A DNA stretch of 64,000 bases from Chloroflexota bacterium. GTDB taxonomy: Bacteria > Chloroflexota > Limnocylindria > Limnocylindrales > CSP1-4. The translations under genes were made by a program, and so were the position numbers. Below, one piece after another: positions 55,756 to 64,000 of the stretch. The stretch lies in the NCBI GenBank assembly GCA_003141245.1, contig PLLE01000043.1, forward strand, positions 36,542 through 100,541, written 5' to 3'. Each line of letters starts with the position of its first letter. Position 1 is the first letter of the stretch. The notes below the pieces were generated by a model, which was given only the letters and a program-made list of their open reading frames with translations, was not told where the DNA came from and made no database searches.

Positions 55756-56501
55756 CAGACCGCGATCCCGGCTTCGAGGGCGATCTCGATCGTCGGCTCG
55801 ATCGATCGGTTCAGCTGATCGAGCGGAAGGTACGACTCCTCGGAGGTGGCTTCCTCGGAGAGCACGTCGCTGACCGTCAGGATCGCCGCCGCGGCGACCT
55901 CCCCGCCGGCCGCCTTCGCTCGCGACGCCAGGTAGTACAGGACCGAGGTCTCCATTTCGAAGGCCAGGACGCCGCGGCTGCGCCATTTGGAGAAGTCGTC
56001 CGAGTCGGGGTTGTAGAAGACGTCGACCGTGGCGACCTGGCCGACGTGTGGCTTCTGGCCGTGGCGCTCCGCCGCTTCAATGAGCGACCGGACCAGGCCG
56101 AAATCGGCCGTCGGCGCGTAGGGCTCGCCGTGGAGGTAGGTGCGGGTGGCGCCGTCGACAGGCGCGGCCGACAAAGCAATCACGATCTCGCCGGTCTTGA
56201 TCCCGGGCCCGATGCCGCCGCAGGTGCCGACACGCACGAAGCGTCTCGCGCCCAGGCGGAGCAGCTCCTCGAGGACGATCGACATGCTCGGCGCGCCCAT
56301 GCCGCTGGTCTGGACGCTCACCGGAACGCCGTGGTAGGTCCCCGTGTAGCCGAGCAACCCGCGGTGGGAGTTGACCAGTCGGGCGGCGCCGGGGCCGCCG
56401 TCGAACTTCTCGGCGATCCAGGTGGCGCGGTTCGGGTCGCCAGGGAGCAGCACTAGTGGAGCGTAGTCGTCCGGTTGGGCCCGGAGGTGGATCTGAGGCA
56501 T
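55755..56501 (-). CDS. deoD: Purine nucleoside phosphorylase, DeoD type (PNP/UDP family 1)
   Basis: PLVLLPGDPNRATWIAEKF...LGYTGTYHGVPVSVQTSGMGAPS...RVGTCGG...EMET. Confidence 0.8.
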   Translation of the reverse strand: MPQIHLRAQPDDYAPLVLLPGDPNRATWIAEKFDGGPGAARLVNSHRGLLGYTGTYHGVPVSVQTSGMGAPSMSIVLEELLRLGARRFVRVGTCGGIGPGIKTGEIVIALSAAPVDGATRTYLHGEPYAPTADFGLVRSLIEAAERHGQKPHVGQVATVDVFYNPDSDDFSKWRSRGVLAFEMETSVLYYLASRAKAAGGEVAAAAILTVSDVLSEEATSEESYLPLDQLNRSIEPTIEIALEAGIAV

Positions 56502-56620
56502 CTTCCGCTCCAGCTCGGCAGGTGAATTGGGATGATCGGTGGCAAGCCGCGAGGCGCGGCGTAGCGCTCAGGTAATTTCCTGCAGGCTCGCGAGACGACG
56601 TCGACGCCGTGCCCGCGCGA

Positions 56621-56642
56621 GGGAGGGGCGGCGCCCCTCCCC
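56621..56642 (-). terminator. Perfect GC-rich inverted repeat (GGGAGGGGCG/GCGCCCCTCCCC), 25 nt downstream of the phzF stop
   Basis: A 10-bp stem with a 2-nt loop and no U-tract. High-GC bacteria often use such tract-less hairpins as terminators. Confidence 0.4.
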
Positions 56643-56668
56643 TTCGCGATCGAGTCTACATGCGACTT

Positions 56669-57514
56669 CTAGCCTGCGAGTTCGCCGCGAATCACCGTCA
56701 CCGCCTGACCGCCCAGGATCGCCCGATCGCCTGCGACGCGAACCCGCACGACGCCGCCTCGGGTGGAGGCCTGATAGCCGACCATCTCGTCCCGACCCAG
56801 GCGGGGCGCCCAGAACGGGCCGAGCGCGCAATGCGCCGAACCGGTCACCGGATCTTCCGGAATCCCCCACGCGGGCACGAAAGTCCGCGAAACGAAGTCG
56901 GCTCCCGCGGCCACCGGCGGCAGTCCCCTCGCCGCTCCCCCGACGGCGGCCGTCACGATGATCATGTCGCCCAGGCGCGCCACCGCCGCGAAGTCCGGCT
57001 CGATTCGCCCCACCGCAGCCACACTCTCGGCCAGCAGCACCCAGTCGCGGCCCCCGCTCGCGGCCGCGCCGACCTCAATGCCCAGGGCCGCGCCGAGCAC
57101 CTCCGCCTCCGGCCAGCGGGCCGCCTCTCGCTCCACCGGCTCGAATCGATTCGCCGGGAAGTCCATCTCGATCCAACCGTCCGGAGCCTGCCACGCCCGC
57201 AGCCGGCCACTGGCCGTGGCGAACTCGATCGTCCGGCCGGCTGGCACGACCCCGCGCTCCCAGAGGACGTGCGCGGCCGCCAGCGTGGCATGCCCGCACA
57301 GCCGGACTTCGACCGTCGGCGTGAACCAGCGCAGGTCGAACGACGACTCTCCACGCTCCACCAGGAACGCGGTCTCGGCGAGATTCATCTCCGCCGCGAT
57401 CGCCTGCATCCACTTCGGATCGCCCGGCGAGGCCAGCAAACAGACCCCAGCTGGATTGCCGGCGTATTGGCGAACCGTGAAGGCGTCGACCTGGAGCAAC
57501 GGAATCGACATCAC
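56669..57514 (-). CDS. phzF: PhzF-family phenazine-biosynthesis-like isomerase
   Basis: MMSIPLLQVDAFTVRQYAGNPAGVCLL...AETAFL and FTP..EVRLCGHATLAAAH motifs (DAP-epimerase-like fold). Confidence 0.8.
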   Translation of the reverse strand: MMSIPLLQVDAFTVRQYAGNPAGVCLLASPGDPKWMQAIAAEMNLAETAFLVERGESSFDLRWFTPTVEVRLCGHATLAAAHVLWERGVVPAGRTIEFATASGRLRAWQAPDGWIEMDFPANRFEPVEREAARWPEAEVLGAALGIEVGAAASGGRDWVLLAESVAAVGRIEPDFAAVARLGDMIIVTAAVGGAARGLPPVAAGADFVSRTFVPAWGIPEDPVTGSAHCALGPFWAPRLGRDEMVGYQASTRGGVVRVRVAGDRAILGGQAVTVIRGELAG

Positions 57515-57785
57515 GTCCTCTGCGGGTTGGGACCGGTTTCGGTGAGACTAGGGCGGTTCGGTGTGGACAAAGTGTGGAAAACCTGGGATACATATGCACG
57601 AACGATCTCATGGAACGCCGGACCGTCGTGTGGGTCCGGACGAACCCAGAATGAGCTGTACGCCCAGATGCTAGGACCGGCGCAAGATAGCGCCAACATG
57701 AGACATCCACGGCCCTCGATCTGGCCGCTTCCATCTCTCGACCAAGGTGCCCGCCCGAAGGGCTACAGGTAGGCGAGGAACAAGC

Positions 57786-58949
57786 GTGAGGCTCACCAGG
57801 GCTCGGCAGGGGGCGGCCGAGCGTCTGCTTTGGTCCCGTGACAGCCGAGTCGTGGCGCGGCTGACCGAACATCTGCCCGAGGCTCGTGTGATCGAGCTCG
57901 CGGATTCGGGCTGGTGTGTCATCGCCTCCGCGGAGAAACTGACGGAGGACCTCGTCGCCCGCGTCGCGGACGGCACGGGCTGCGGCATGGCCGACGTCGA
58001 TCCATCTCTGCCACTCGACGAACGCTATGTCGTGGCTCTCGGTCATGCCGTCCAGGTTTCCGGGCTCGGAGACCGGATCGGTATGGGCGGGACTCCGGAA
58101 ATCGCGAGCCGCAAGGTGATGTCCTTGTTCTTCGTCTGCAAGGAGCACCACGTCGAGTTCCAACCCATCGTGGATCTGCAGACGATGAAAGCCCACGAGT
58201 GGGAGTGTCTGTTCCGTCTGAGCCCCGGCATGGGAACGGAAACGATCGGCAGCGTCGTCGAAGCCGCGCTCGCGGCGAAGCGCCCGGTGGAATTCGACAC
58301 GTTCGTAGTCGACGCCACACTGACGCGCATCGCACAGGTGGTTGAGGCGGGCCCCGCGGGCCGGCGAACGCGGTTCGGCGTCAACTTCTTGCCGGCGAGT
58401 CTGCTGGCGCCGACCTTCGAGGCCGAGGCCCTGGCCGAAATGGTTCGCAGGGCAGGCCTGTCGCCTCGACAGATCATCGTCGAATGCACCGAGCAGCAAG
58501 CCATCCATGACGTGCCGCGGCTCAAGAAGCAGGTCAAAGCTCTTCGCCACCTTGGGTTCGGTTTCGCCATCGACGACGCTGGCGCGGGATACGCAAGCTT
58601 CACCGTCATCGCCGCCCTGGAGCCCTCGATCATCAAGATCGACCGCGAGATCGTCGCCGGGATCGGCAACAAGGATGCCGAGGCCAAAAAGGCCCTCGTC
58701 GAGGCTTTCGTCTCGTTCAGCCGCCGCATCGACGCGCAGATCGTCGCCGAGGGGATCGAGAATCGCCGCGATCTGCTGGCCCTCCAGGATCGCGAGGTCG
58801 ACTTCGGTCAGGGCTACCTACTCGGCCGATCGGCCGTGACGCCGCTGCAGCCGCGACGAATCCGGAACGTCGACGACCTGACGCTGGTGATCTCGAGCGT
58901 CGGCGCCTGGGACGGGGGCGTCTCTCCGAGCGTCGCCTCCAGCGAGTAG
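57786..58949 (+). CDS. EAL-domain protein (c-di-GMP phosphodiesterase-type) with an uncharacterised ~130-aa N-terminal region; GTG start
   Basis: EAL (as ECLFRL), QIIVECTE, FAIDDAGAGYASF and EGIENRRDLLALQDREVDFGQGYLLG blocks. Confidence 0.75.
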   Translation: MRLTRARQGAAERLLWSRDSRVVARLTEHLPEARVIELADSGWCVIASAEKLTEDLVARVADGTGCGMADVDPSLPLDERYVVALGHAVQVSGLGDRIGMGGTPEIASRKVMSLFFVCKEHHVEFQPIVDLQTMKAHEWECLFRLSPGMGTETIGSVVEAALAAKRPVEFDTFVVDATLTRIAQVVEAGPAGRRTRFGVNFLPASLLAPTFEAEALAEMVRRAGLSPRQIIVECTEQQAIHDVPRLKKQVKALRHLGFGFAIDDAGAGYASFTVIAALEPSIIKIDREIVAGIGNKDAEAKKALVEAFVSFSRRIDAQIVAEGIENRRDLLALQDREVDFGQGYLLGRSAVTPLQPRRIRNVDDLTLVISSVGAWDGGVSPSVASSE

Positions 58950-59020
58950 CGCGCGGCCGGGCGCGCCACCTCGCAAGCGGTCGGCACACGTTCGCGTCAA
59001 CTCGTCGTACCATCGAGGCG

Positions 59021-59461
59021 ATGACCGCCCTCGATTCGATCGCACCTGCCTCTCCCACCCTATCGGCTGCCGCATGCCGATTCCTCGAGGCGCCGCGCTT
59101 CGCGGTCGTCGCGACCCTCAACCCGGACGGCAGCCCGCTCCAGGCCGTGATCTGGTACCGCCTCGAGGACGACACGATCGTCTTCAACAGCCGCCTGGGT
59201 CGCCACTGGCCAACCAACATCCAGCGCGACCGGCATGTCTCGATCACCGTGGTCGACGGCTATGACTACATCGAGATGCGCGGCGAGGTCGAGATCGACG
59301 AGGATCCGCAGCTCGGTCAGGCCGTCATCGCGGGCTTGACCCGACGTTACGAGTCGAACGGCGAGGCCGCCGAGGCTCAGATCGCGGGCTTTGCCAGGGA
59401 GCGACGCGTGACCTTCAAGCTGCGTCCGAGCAGAATCTTCGAGCGTCTGTCGAGCAACTGA
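59021..59461 (+). CDS. PPOX-class F420-dependent enzyme family protein (pyridoxamine 5'-phosphate oxidase-like split barrel)
   Basis: FAVVATLNPDGSPLQAVIWYRLEDDTIVFNS... is a PNPOx-like fold of the kind common to actinobacterial F420 users. It lies directly upstream of fgd. Confidence 0.65.
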   Translation: MTALDSIAPASPTLSAAACRFLEAPRFAVVATLNPDGSPLQAVIWYRLEDDTIVFNSRLGRHWPTNIQRDRHVSITVVDGYDYIEMRGEVEIDEDPQLGQAVIAGLTRRYESNGEAAEAQIAGFARERRVTFKLRPSRIFERLSSN

Positions 59462-59499
59462 CGGAGAAGCCCGGCAAGCGGTCCACCGGAGGAGACGAG

Positions 59500-60489
59500 A
59501 TGGCCCAGGCGAAGATCGGCTACGCGGCAATGCTCGAGCAGTTCGGGCCGGCCGAAATACTGGATCTCTGCGCCCGGGCCGAGTCTGCCGGCTTTTCGGG
59601 CGTCATGGCCGCCGATCACTTCCAGCCGTGGGTCCCGCGCCAGGGCCAGGCCTCGTTCGTGTGGGAGGTCCTGGCGGTCGCCGGGGCACGCACCCGCGGC
59701 GACCTGGGACCCGGCGTGGCTTGCCCGTCGTTCCGGATGCATCCCGCCATCGTCGCCCAGGCCGCGGCGACGCTCGAGGTCATGTATCCGGGGCGAACGT
59801 GGCTGGGTCTTGGCTCCGGTGAGGCGCTCAACGAGCACGTCGTGGCCGGCTACTGGCCGGAGGTGCCGGAGCGCATCAACCGCATGTTCGAGGCGATCGA
59901 GATCATCGCCAAGCTCTTCAGCGGCAAAGAGGTCAAGCACGACGGCCGCTTCTTCAAGATGGAGACCTGCCGCCTTTGGACACTGCCGGAGAAGGCGCCC
60001 CCGATCTACATCGCCACGGCCGGCCCGGTGACCGCCAAGCGAACGGGTAAGTTCGCCGACGGGATCATCACCGTCGGCGCGCCGGAGGAGAAGATCGACG
60101 GCATCTTCGCAAAGTTCGCCGAAGGAGCGCGCGAGGGCGGCAAGGATCCGGCGACGATGCCGAAGATCCTGCAGCTCCACCTGTCCTGGGCCGAAACGGA
60201 TGCCGAGGCGGTCGCGAACGCGATCTCCGAATGGCCCAACGGCGGCATGCGCTTCCCCAAGCAGGACATCAGGTCGCCCAAGGACTTCGAGCAGGTGGCG
60301 GCACTGGTCCGGCCCGAGGACTTCACCGGTCGGATGCTCATGTCGGCCGACCCCGAGGTCCACCGCCGCGAGATCCAGAAGTTCCTCGACCTCGGCTTCG
60401 ACCAGATCTACCTGCACAACGTCGGCCGAAACCAGGCGGCCTGGCTCGACCTCTTCGGCCGCGAGGTGCTGCCGAAGCTGACGGCCTGA
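59500..60489 (+). CDS. fgd: F420-dependent glucose-6-phosphate dehydrogenase (LLM-class luciferase-like oxidoreductase)
   Basis: Near-collinear match to mycobacterial Fgd1: KIGY.A..EQFGP.E...L...AE..GF......DHFQPW, YPGR..LG.G.GEALNE, PIYIA..GP..AK..G...DG.I, and a C-terminal F.ELF.R..LP.L. Confidence 0.8.
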   Translation: MAQAKIGYAAMLEQFGPAEILDLCARAESAGFSGVMAADHFQPWVPRQGQASFVWEVLAVAGARTRGDLGPGVACPSFRMHPAIVAQAAATLEVMYPGRTWLGLGSGEALNEHVVAGYWPEVPERINRMFEAIEIIAKLFSGKEVKHDGRFFKMETCRLWTLPEKAPPIYIATAGPVTAKRTGKFADGIITVGAPEEKIDGIFAKFAEGAREGGKDPATMPKILQLHLSWAETDAEAVANAISEWPNGGMRFPKQDIRSPKDFEQVAALVRPEDFTGRMLMSADPEVHRREIQKFLDLGFDQIYLHNVGRNQAAWLDLFGREVLPKLTA

Positions 60490-60628
60490 GAGGCGGCCCT
60501 CGAGCGCGACCCGGAGCCGGTCATCGTGCGCCCAGACGAGCACCGCGTGAGAGACGCCTCGAAGCGACACCATCGTCGCCCGGCGCTACGCTTTCGGGAA
60601 CAGGTTTGGCCGCCAACTGGGAGGAGCG

Positions 60629-61579
60629 ATGCGGGTCGTTTGTCTGGCCGGTGGCGTCGGAGGCGCGAAGCTGGCCGACGGGCTCCAGCGCGCGCTCGAA
60701 CCCGGTGAGCTGACCGTCGTCGTCAACACCGGCGACGACTTTGAGCGGCACTCCCTGCTGGTCTGCCCCGACCAGGACACCGTGCTCTACACCCTGGCGG
60801 GGATCGCCGAGCCGGCTCAGGGCTGGGGAATCGCCGGCGAGACGTGGCAGGTCATGAGCCAGCTCGCTCGCCTCGGCGAAGAGACCTGGTTCCGCCTGGG
60901 CGACAAGGACGTCGCCACACACCTCTTCCGCACTGAGCGACTCCGCGGCGGCAAACGCCTGAGCGCCGTGGCGCTGGAGTTGTGCGCCGCGCTGGACGTG
61001 CCGTCGCGGATCCTGCCGATGGCCGACGAGCCCGTTCGAACGCGGGTCCGAACCGACGACGGCTGGCTCGACTTCCAGGACTACTTCGTCCGCCTGCGCC
61101 AGGCCCCCGAGGTACGCGAGGTCCGTTTCGAGGGCGCCGATCTCTCCTCGATCACCCCGGAGGTTGAGGAGGCGCTGGCGGGAGCCGAAGCCATCGTCGT
61201 GGCGCCATCGAATCCGATCGTCTCGATCGGTCCGATCCTGGCCGTTCCCGGGATCGACGAGGCGATAGCCGCCGCCAGGGCGCGCGGCGTTCGGAGCGTC
61301 GGCGTCTCCGGCATCGTCGGCGGGAAGGCGCTGCGCGGCCCGGCCGATCGAATGATGGCCAGCCTTGGCGACGAGCCGACGGCGCTCGGGGTCGCCCGCC
61401 GATATGCATCGATGGGGCTGCTGGACGTCTTCGTCCTCGACCGGCTCGACGAATCGCTCGCGAGAGACGTCATCGCGCTGGGGCTGGAGGTCGTCGTGAC
61501 CGAGACGGTGATGACCGACGTCGGCGCGCGAGTCCAGCTCGCGCGGGACGTCCTGGCCGCGACCCTGCCTCCCGCATGA
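60629..61579 (+). CDS. cofD: 2-phospho-L-lactate (or EPPG) transferase CofD/FbiA
   Basis: MRVVCLAGGVGGAKLADGL, NTGDDFERHSL, PSNPIVSIGPIL; GGGAGG-like SD upstream. Confidence 0.85.
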   Translation: MRVVCLAGGVGGAKLADGLQRALEPGELTVVVNTGDDFERHSLLVCPDQDTVLYTLAGIAEPAQGWGIAGETWQVMSQLARLGEETWFRLGDKDVATHLFRTERLRGGKRLSAVALELCAALDVPSRILPMADEPVRTRVRTDDGWLDFQDYFVRLRQAPEVREVRFEGADLSSITPEVEEALAGAEAIVVAPSNPIVSIGPILAVPGIDEAIAAARARGVRSVGVSGIVGGKALRGPADRMMASLGDEPTALGVARRYASMGLLDVFVLDRLDESLARDVIALGLEVVVTETVMTDVGARVQLARDVLAATLPPA

Positions 61580-62223
61580 GCGGAGCCGACCTCTCCCGGA
61601 TCGTGGCGATCGTGCCCGTGCGATCGCTGAGCGGAGCCAAGTCGCGCCTCGGCGAGCCGCTCGACCCCGAGGAGCGGGCCGAGCTGATCCTGGCCCTCCT
61701 GCGCCGGACCGTGTCCGCGGCCCTGGCAGCGCGGCGGCTTGACGGTGTGGCCGTCGTCTCCCAGGACGCGGAGCTGCTGACCCAGGCCCGCGCCATGGGC
61801 GCGGCATCGTTCCTGCAGGAGAGCGACGGGCTCAACGAGGGGCTCTCCGAGACGCGAGATTCGGCCTGTACCGAGGCCACCGCCGTGCTGGTGCTGCCGG
61901 CGGACCTGCCTGCGGTCAGCGCCGAGGCGATCGAACGGCTCGTCGAGGCGGGCGAGGAAACGGCCCGGCGCGAGCCCGAGCGGCCGGTCGTCGTGCTGGT
62001 CCCCGATCGCCATGGCACTGGTACGAATGCGTTGCTCGTGGCGCCGCCGAATGCGATCGAGTTCCGCTTCGGCGAGGGGAGTCGGGCGGCGCACGCGGCC
62101 GAGGCGATCGCTGCCGGAGCCACGTACGTAGAGTTGGACGGGCCGCTGGCGTTCGATCTCGACACGCCCGAAGACCTGCGTGAGGCCGACATGGGCGGTC
62201 TCGACCACGAGGCGGGCCGGTGA
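61576..62223 (+). CDS. cofC: 2-phospho-L-lactate guanylyltransferase CofC/FbiD
   Basis: IVAIVPVRSLSGAKSRL...VLPADLPAVS, an MobA-like nucleotidyltransferase fold; 4-nt overlap with cofD. Confidence 0.8.
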   Translation: MSGADLSRIVAIVPVRSLSGAKSRLGEPLDPEERAELILALLRRTVSAALAARRLDGVAVVSQDAELLTQARAMGAASFLQESDGLNEGLSETRDSACTEATAVLVLPADLPAVSAEAIERLVEAGEETARREPERPVVVLVPDRHGTGTNALLVAPPNAIEFRFGEGSRAAHAAEAIAAGATYVELDGPLAFDLDTPEDLREADMGGLDHEAGR

Positions 62224-63071
62224 GCACGGACGGCAGGAGCGCGCGCGAGGCACCCGGTTCGGCCGGGAGCTCATCGAGGGCACCGCTGCCCGCGGAGCCT
62301 CTGCCGGGCGGTCGCCTCGAGGTCTTCGCACTCGACGGGATCCCGGAGATCCGGCCCGGCGACGACCTGTCGGCGCTGCTCGTCTCGGCCCTCCGGGCGG
62401 CGTCCGAGGTGCTGCCTCTGCGCACGGACGACGTCCTGGTCGTCACCCAGAAGATCGTCTCGAAGGCCGAGGGGGCGATCGTCGACCTGACGGCCGTCGA
62501 GCCGCGTCCCGAGGCCATCGAGTTCGCCCAACGCTGGGACCGCGACGCCCGCCAGCTCGAGGTCGTCCTGCGCCAGGCCCGCCGCGTCGTCCGGTGGGAG
62601 CGCGGCGTCCTCATCACCGAAACGCCCCACGGCTTCGTCTGCGCAAACGGCGGCGTCGACGCCTCCAACGTAGGGCCGCAGAGCGGCAACATCGTGACCC
62701 TCCTGCCGAAGGACCCCGACGCCTCCGCCGCTCGAATCCGCGCCGCCGTCGCCGAGGCGCTCGGTGTGGATGTGCCGGTCATCATCTCGGACAGCTTCGG
62801 TCGCCCGTGGCGATGGGGAATCATGGACATCGCGATCGGCGTAAGCGGCATGAAGCCGCTCGACGACATGCGCGGCACGCCGGACGCCGACGGGCGCGTC
62901 ATGCACAGCACAGTCCGCGCCACTGCCGACGAGATCGCCACGGCCGCCGAACTGGCCCTCGGCAAGACCGCACGCCGGCCGGCCGCCATCGTCCGGGGCG
63001 CCAACCCCAGCCGCGGCGAGGGCCGGATCGCCGACGTACTGATGCCGAGCGAGTTCGACCTCTTCCGATGA
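62220..63071 (+). CDS. cofE: F420-0:gamma-glutamyl ligase CofE, single domain with no fused nitroreductase-like FbiB C-domain
   Basis: VVTQKIVSKAEG...ETPHGFVCANGGVDASNV...ISDSFGRPWRWG. It is 283 aa, and the next gene starts 4 nt before its stop. Confidence 0.8.
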   Translation: MSTDGRSAREAPGSAGSSSRAPLPAEPLPGGRLEVFALDGIPEIRPGDDLSALLVSALRAASEVLPLRTDDVLVVTQKIVSKAEGAIVDLTAVEPRPEAIEFAQRWDRDARQLEVVLRQARRVVRWERGVLITETPHGFVCANGGVDASNVGPQSGNIVTLLPKDPDASAARIRAAVAEALGVDVPVIISDSFGRPWRWGIMDIAIGVSGMKPLDDMRGTPDADGRVMHSTVRATADEIATAAELALGKTARRPAAIVRGANPSRGEGRIADVLMPSEFDLFR

Positions 63072-64000
63072 CCGGCCCGACCGTGTCGGCAGGATCGGGT
63101 GGATCGGCCGGGTCGGTAGGCGCGCGCTTCTCCGTCCCCTCCCCGATCGACCTGCGACTTACCCTCGCTCCGCTCCGTCACGGCCGCGACGACCCGACGA
63201 TCCGGTTCGCGAGCGACGGCGTGTGGCTGGCTCGGGCCACGGCCGAAGGACCAGCCACTCTGCGCCTGGCGGCCGCCAGGGTGGCAGAGATGGATCCCGA
63301 GGCTGGCGTCATCGTTGCCGAGGCGTGGGGCCCGGGTGCACGGCTCGCGCTGGAAGCGGCGCCCGGCCTGGCCGGCCTGCTCGACGACCCCGGTCCTCTG
63401 ATCCCGCATCATCCCCTGATCCGCGAGCTCCAGCGCCGGTTCGCCGGCCTGCGCCTGCCACGATCAGGGCAGCTGCTGCCGGCCCTGATACCGGCGGTGA
63501 CCGAGCAGAAGGTGACCGCCACCGAAGCTCACGGCGCATACGCGGGCCTCGTCCGGCGACTCGGCCGACCCGCACCCGGCCCCGTCCCGCTGCTCCTCCC
63601 GCCGGGCGCCGAGATACTGGCGTCCCTACCCTACTTCGAGTTCCATCCGCTGGGGCTGGAGCGACGTCGGGCGGAGTTGCTCCGTCGCATCGGCCGCAGC
63701 GAATCGCAGATAGAGGCGTGGATGGCGCTCCCGCCGGACCAGGCGCGCGCACGACTCCAGGCGATACCGGGAATCGGGCCGTGGACGGCGGCAGAGGCCA
63801 CCCGTGCCGCCTTCGGCGATCCGGACGCGGTCAGCGTCGGGGACGCTCATCTCCCCGATCTCGTCTCGTGGGCGCTCGCCGGCGAGGCCCGCGCCGACGA
63901 TGCGCGGATGCTCGAGCTCCTCGCCCCGTACGCGGGCCAGCGCGCCAGGGTCGTCCGCCTTCTGGAAGCTTCGGGGATACAGATCCCGCGGTTCGGCCCG
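63068..64000 (+). CDS. HhH-GPD superfamily DNA glycosylase (AlkA-like), 3' end outside the window
   Basis: AlkA-like N-terminal domain, then the helix-hairpin-helix IPGIGPWTAAEA and a catalytic Asp region (VGDAHL). Confidence 0.6.
   Translation, partial: MTGPTVSAGSGGSAGSVGARFSVPSPIDLRLTLAPLRHGRDDPTIRFASDGVWLARATAEGPATLRLAAARVAEMDPEAGVIVAEAWGPGARLALEAAPGLAGLLDDPGPLIPHHPLIRELQRRFAGLRLPRSGQLLPALIPAVTEQKVTATEAHGAYAGLVRRLGRPAPGPVPLLLPPGAEILASLPYFEFHPLGLERRRAELLRRIGRSESQIEAWMALPPDQARARLQAIPGIGPWTAAEATRAAFGDPDAVSVGDAHLPDLVSWALAGEARADDARMLELLAPYAGQRARVVRLLEASGIQIPRFGP

Noticed and set aside
56609-57772. 387-aa plus-strand ORF spanning the terminator hairpin and the phzF locus.
   Set aside because: It is antisense to a clear PhzF-family gene, has no motifs, and starts inside a GC palindrome.

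Overview
This is a high-GC (~70%) bacterial chromosomal window with Actinobacteria-like gene content. No mobile elements or CRISPR arrays were found. Features, left to right: (1) a complete division/cell-wall (dcw) cluster on the minus strand, mraZ-rsmH-ftsL-ftsI-murF-mraY-murD-ftsW-murG-murB-ddl. It carries murB and ddl but has no murE and no murC. Putative MraZ boxes lie upstream. (2) A frameshifted muconolactone-isomerase-like gene, a hemerythrin, and a LysM protein with a repeat-rich proline/threonine linker. (3) An RNase P RNA gene (rnpB) that the ORF track hides under spurious ORFs. (4) GNAT acetyltransferase, PPK2, RNase HI, then a TCA block: sdhCDAB, NAD-IDH, sucCD, methylmalonyl-CoA epimerase, and a catalytic-domain-only methylmalonyl-CoA mutase. 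(5) Two inverted consensus DnaA boxes immediately upstream of parA-parB. (6) A lipid-related operon (PlsC-like acyltransferase, hypothetical, UbiA prenyltransferase lacking a canonical start), then a leaderless-promoter wHTH regulator with tag, and ApbE. (7) An unusual minus-strand gene string: a yvlAB-like DUF2089/DUF4097/SHOCT module, an ABC-2 exporter, a duplicated zinc-ribbon protein, a free PNPOx/FDOR-like split-barrel protein, and a PNPOx-like domain fused to a MenA-type prenyltransferase. This is the best candidate for an undescribed F420/flavin-linked quinone-prenylation system. (8) The DUF3090 + SCO1664-family partner pair, a Ca2+/H+ antiporter, a GT87 glycosyltransferase, a ROK kinase, an AI-2E transporter, and a ParB/Srx-domain protein with a metallophosphoesterase. 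(9) aceE, pncA, a 5'-3' exonuclease, GH26, IMPase, deoD, phzF and an EAL protein. (10) A cofactor F420 block: PPOX-class enzyme, fgd, cofD, cofC and single-domain cofE, followed by a partial HhH-GPD glycosylase. All calls rest on reading the translated ORFs against remembered family motifs; no database search was run.
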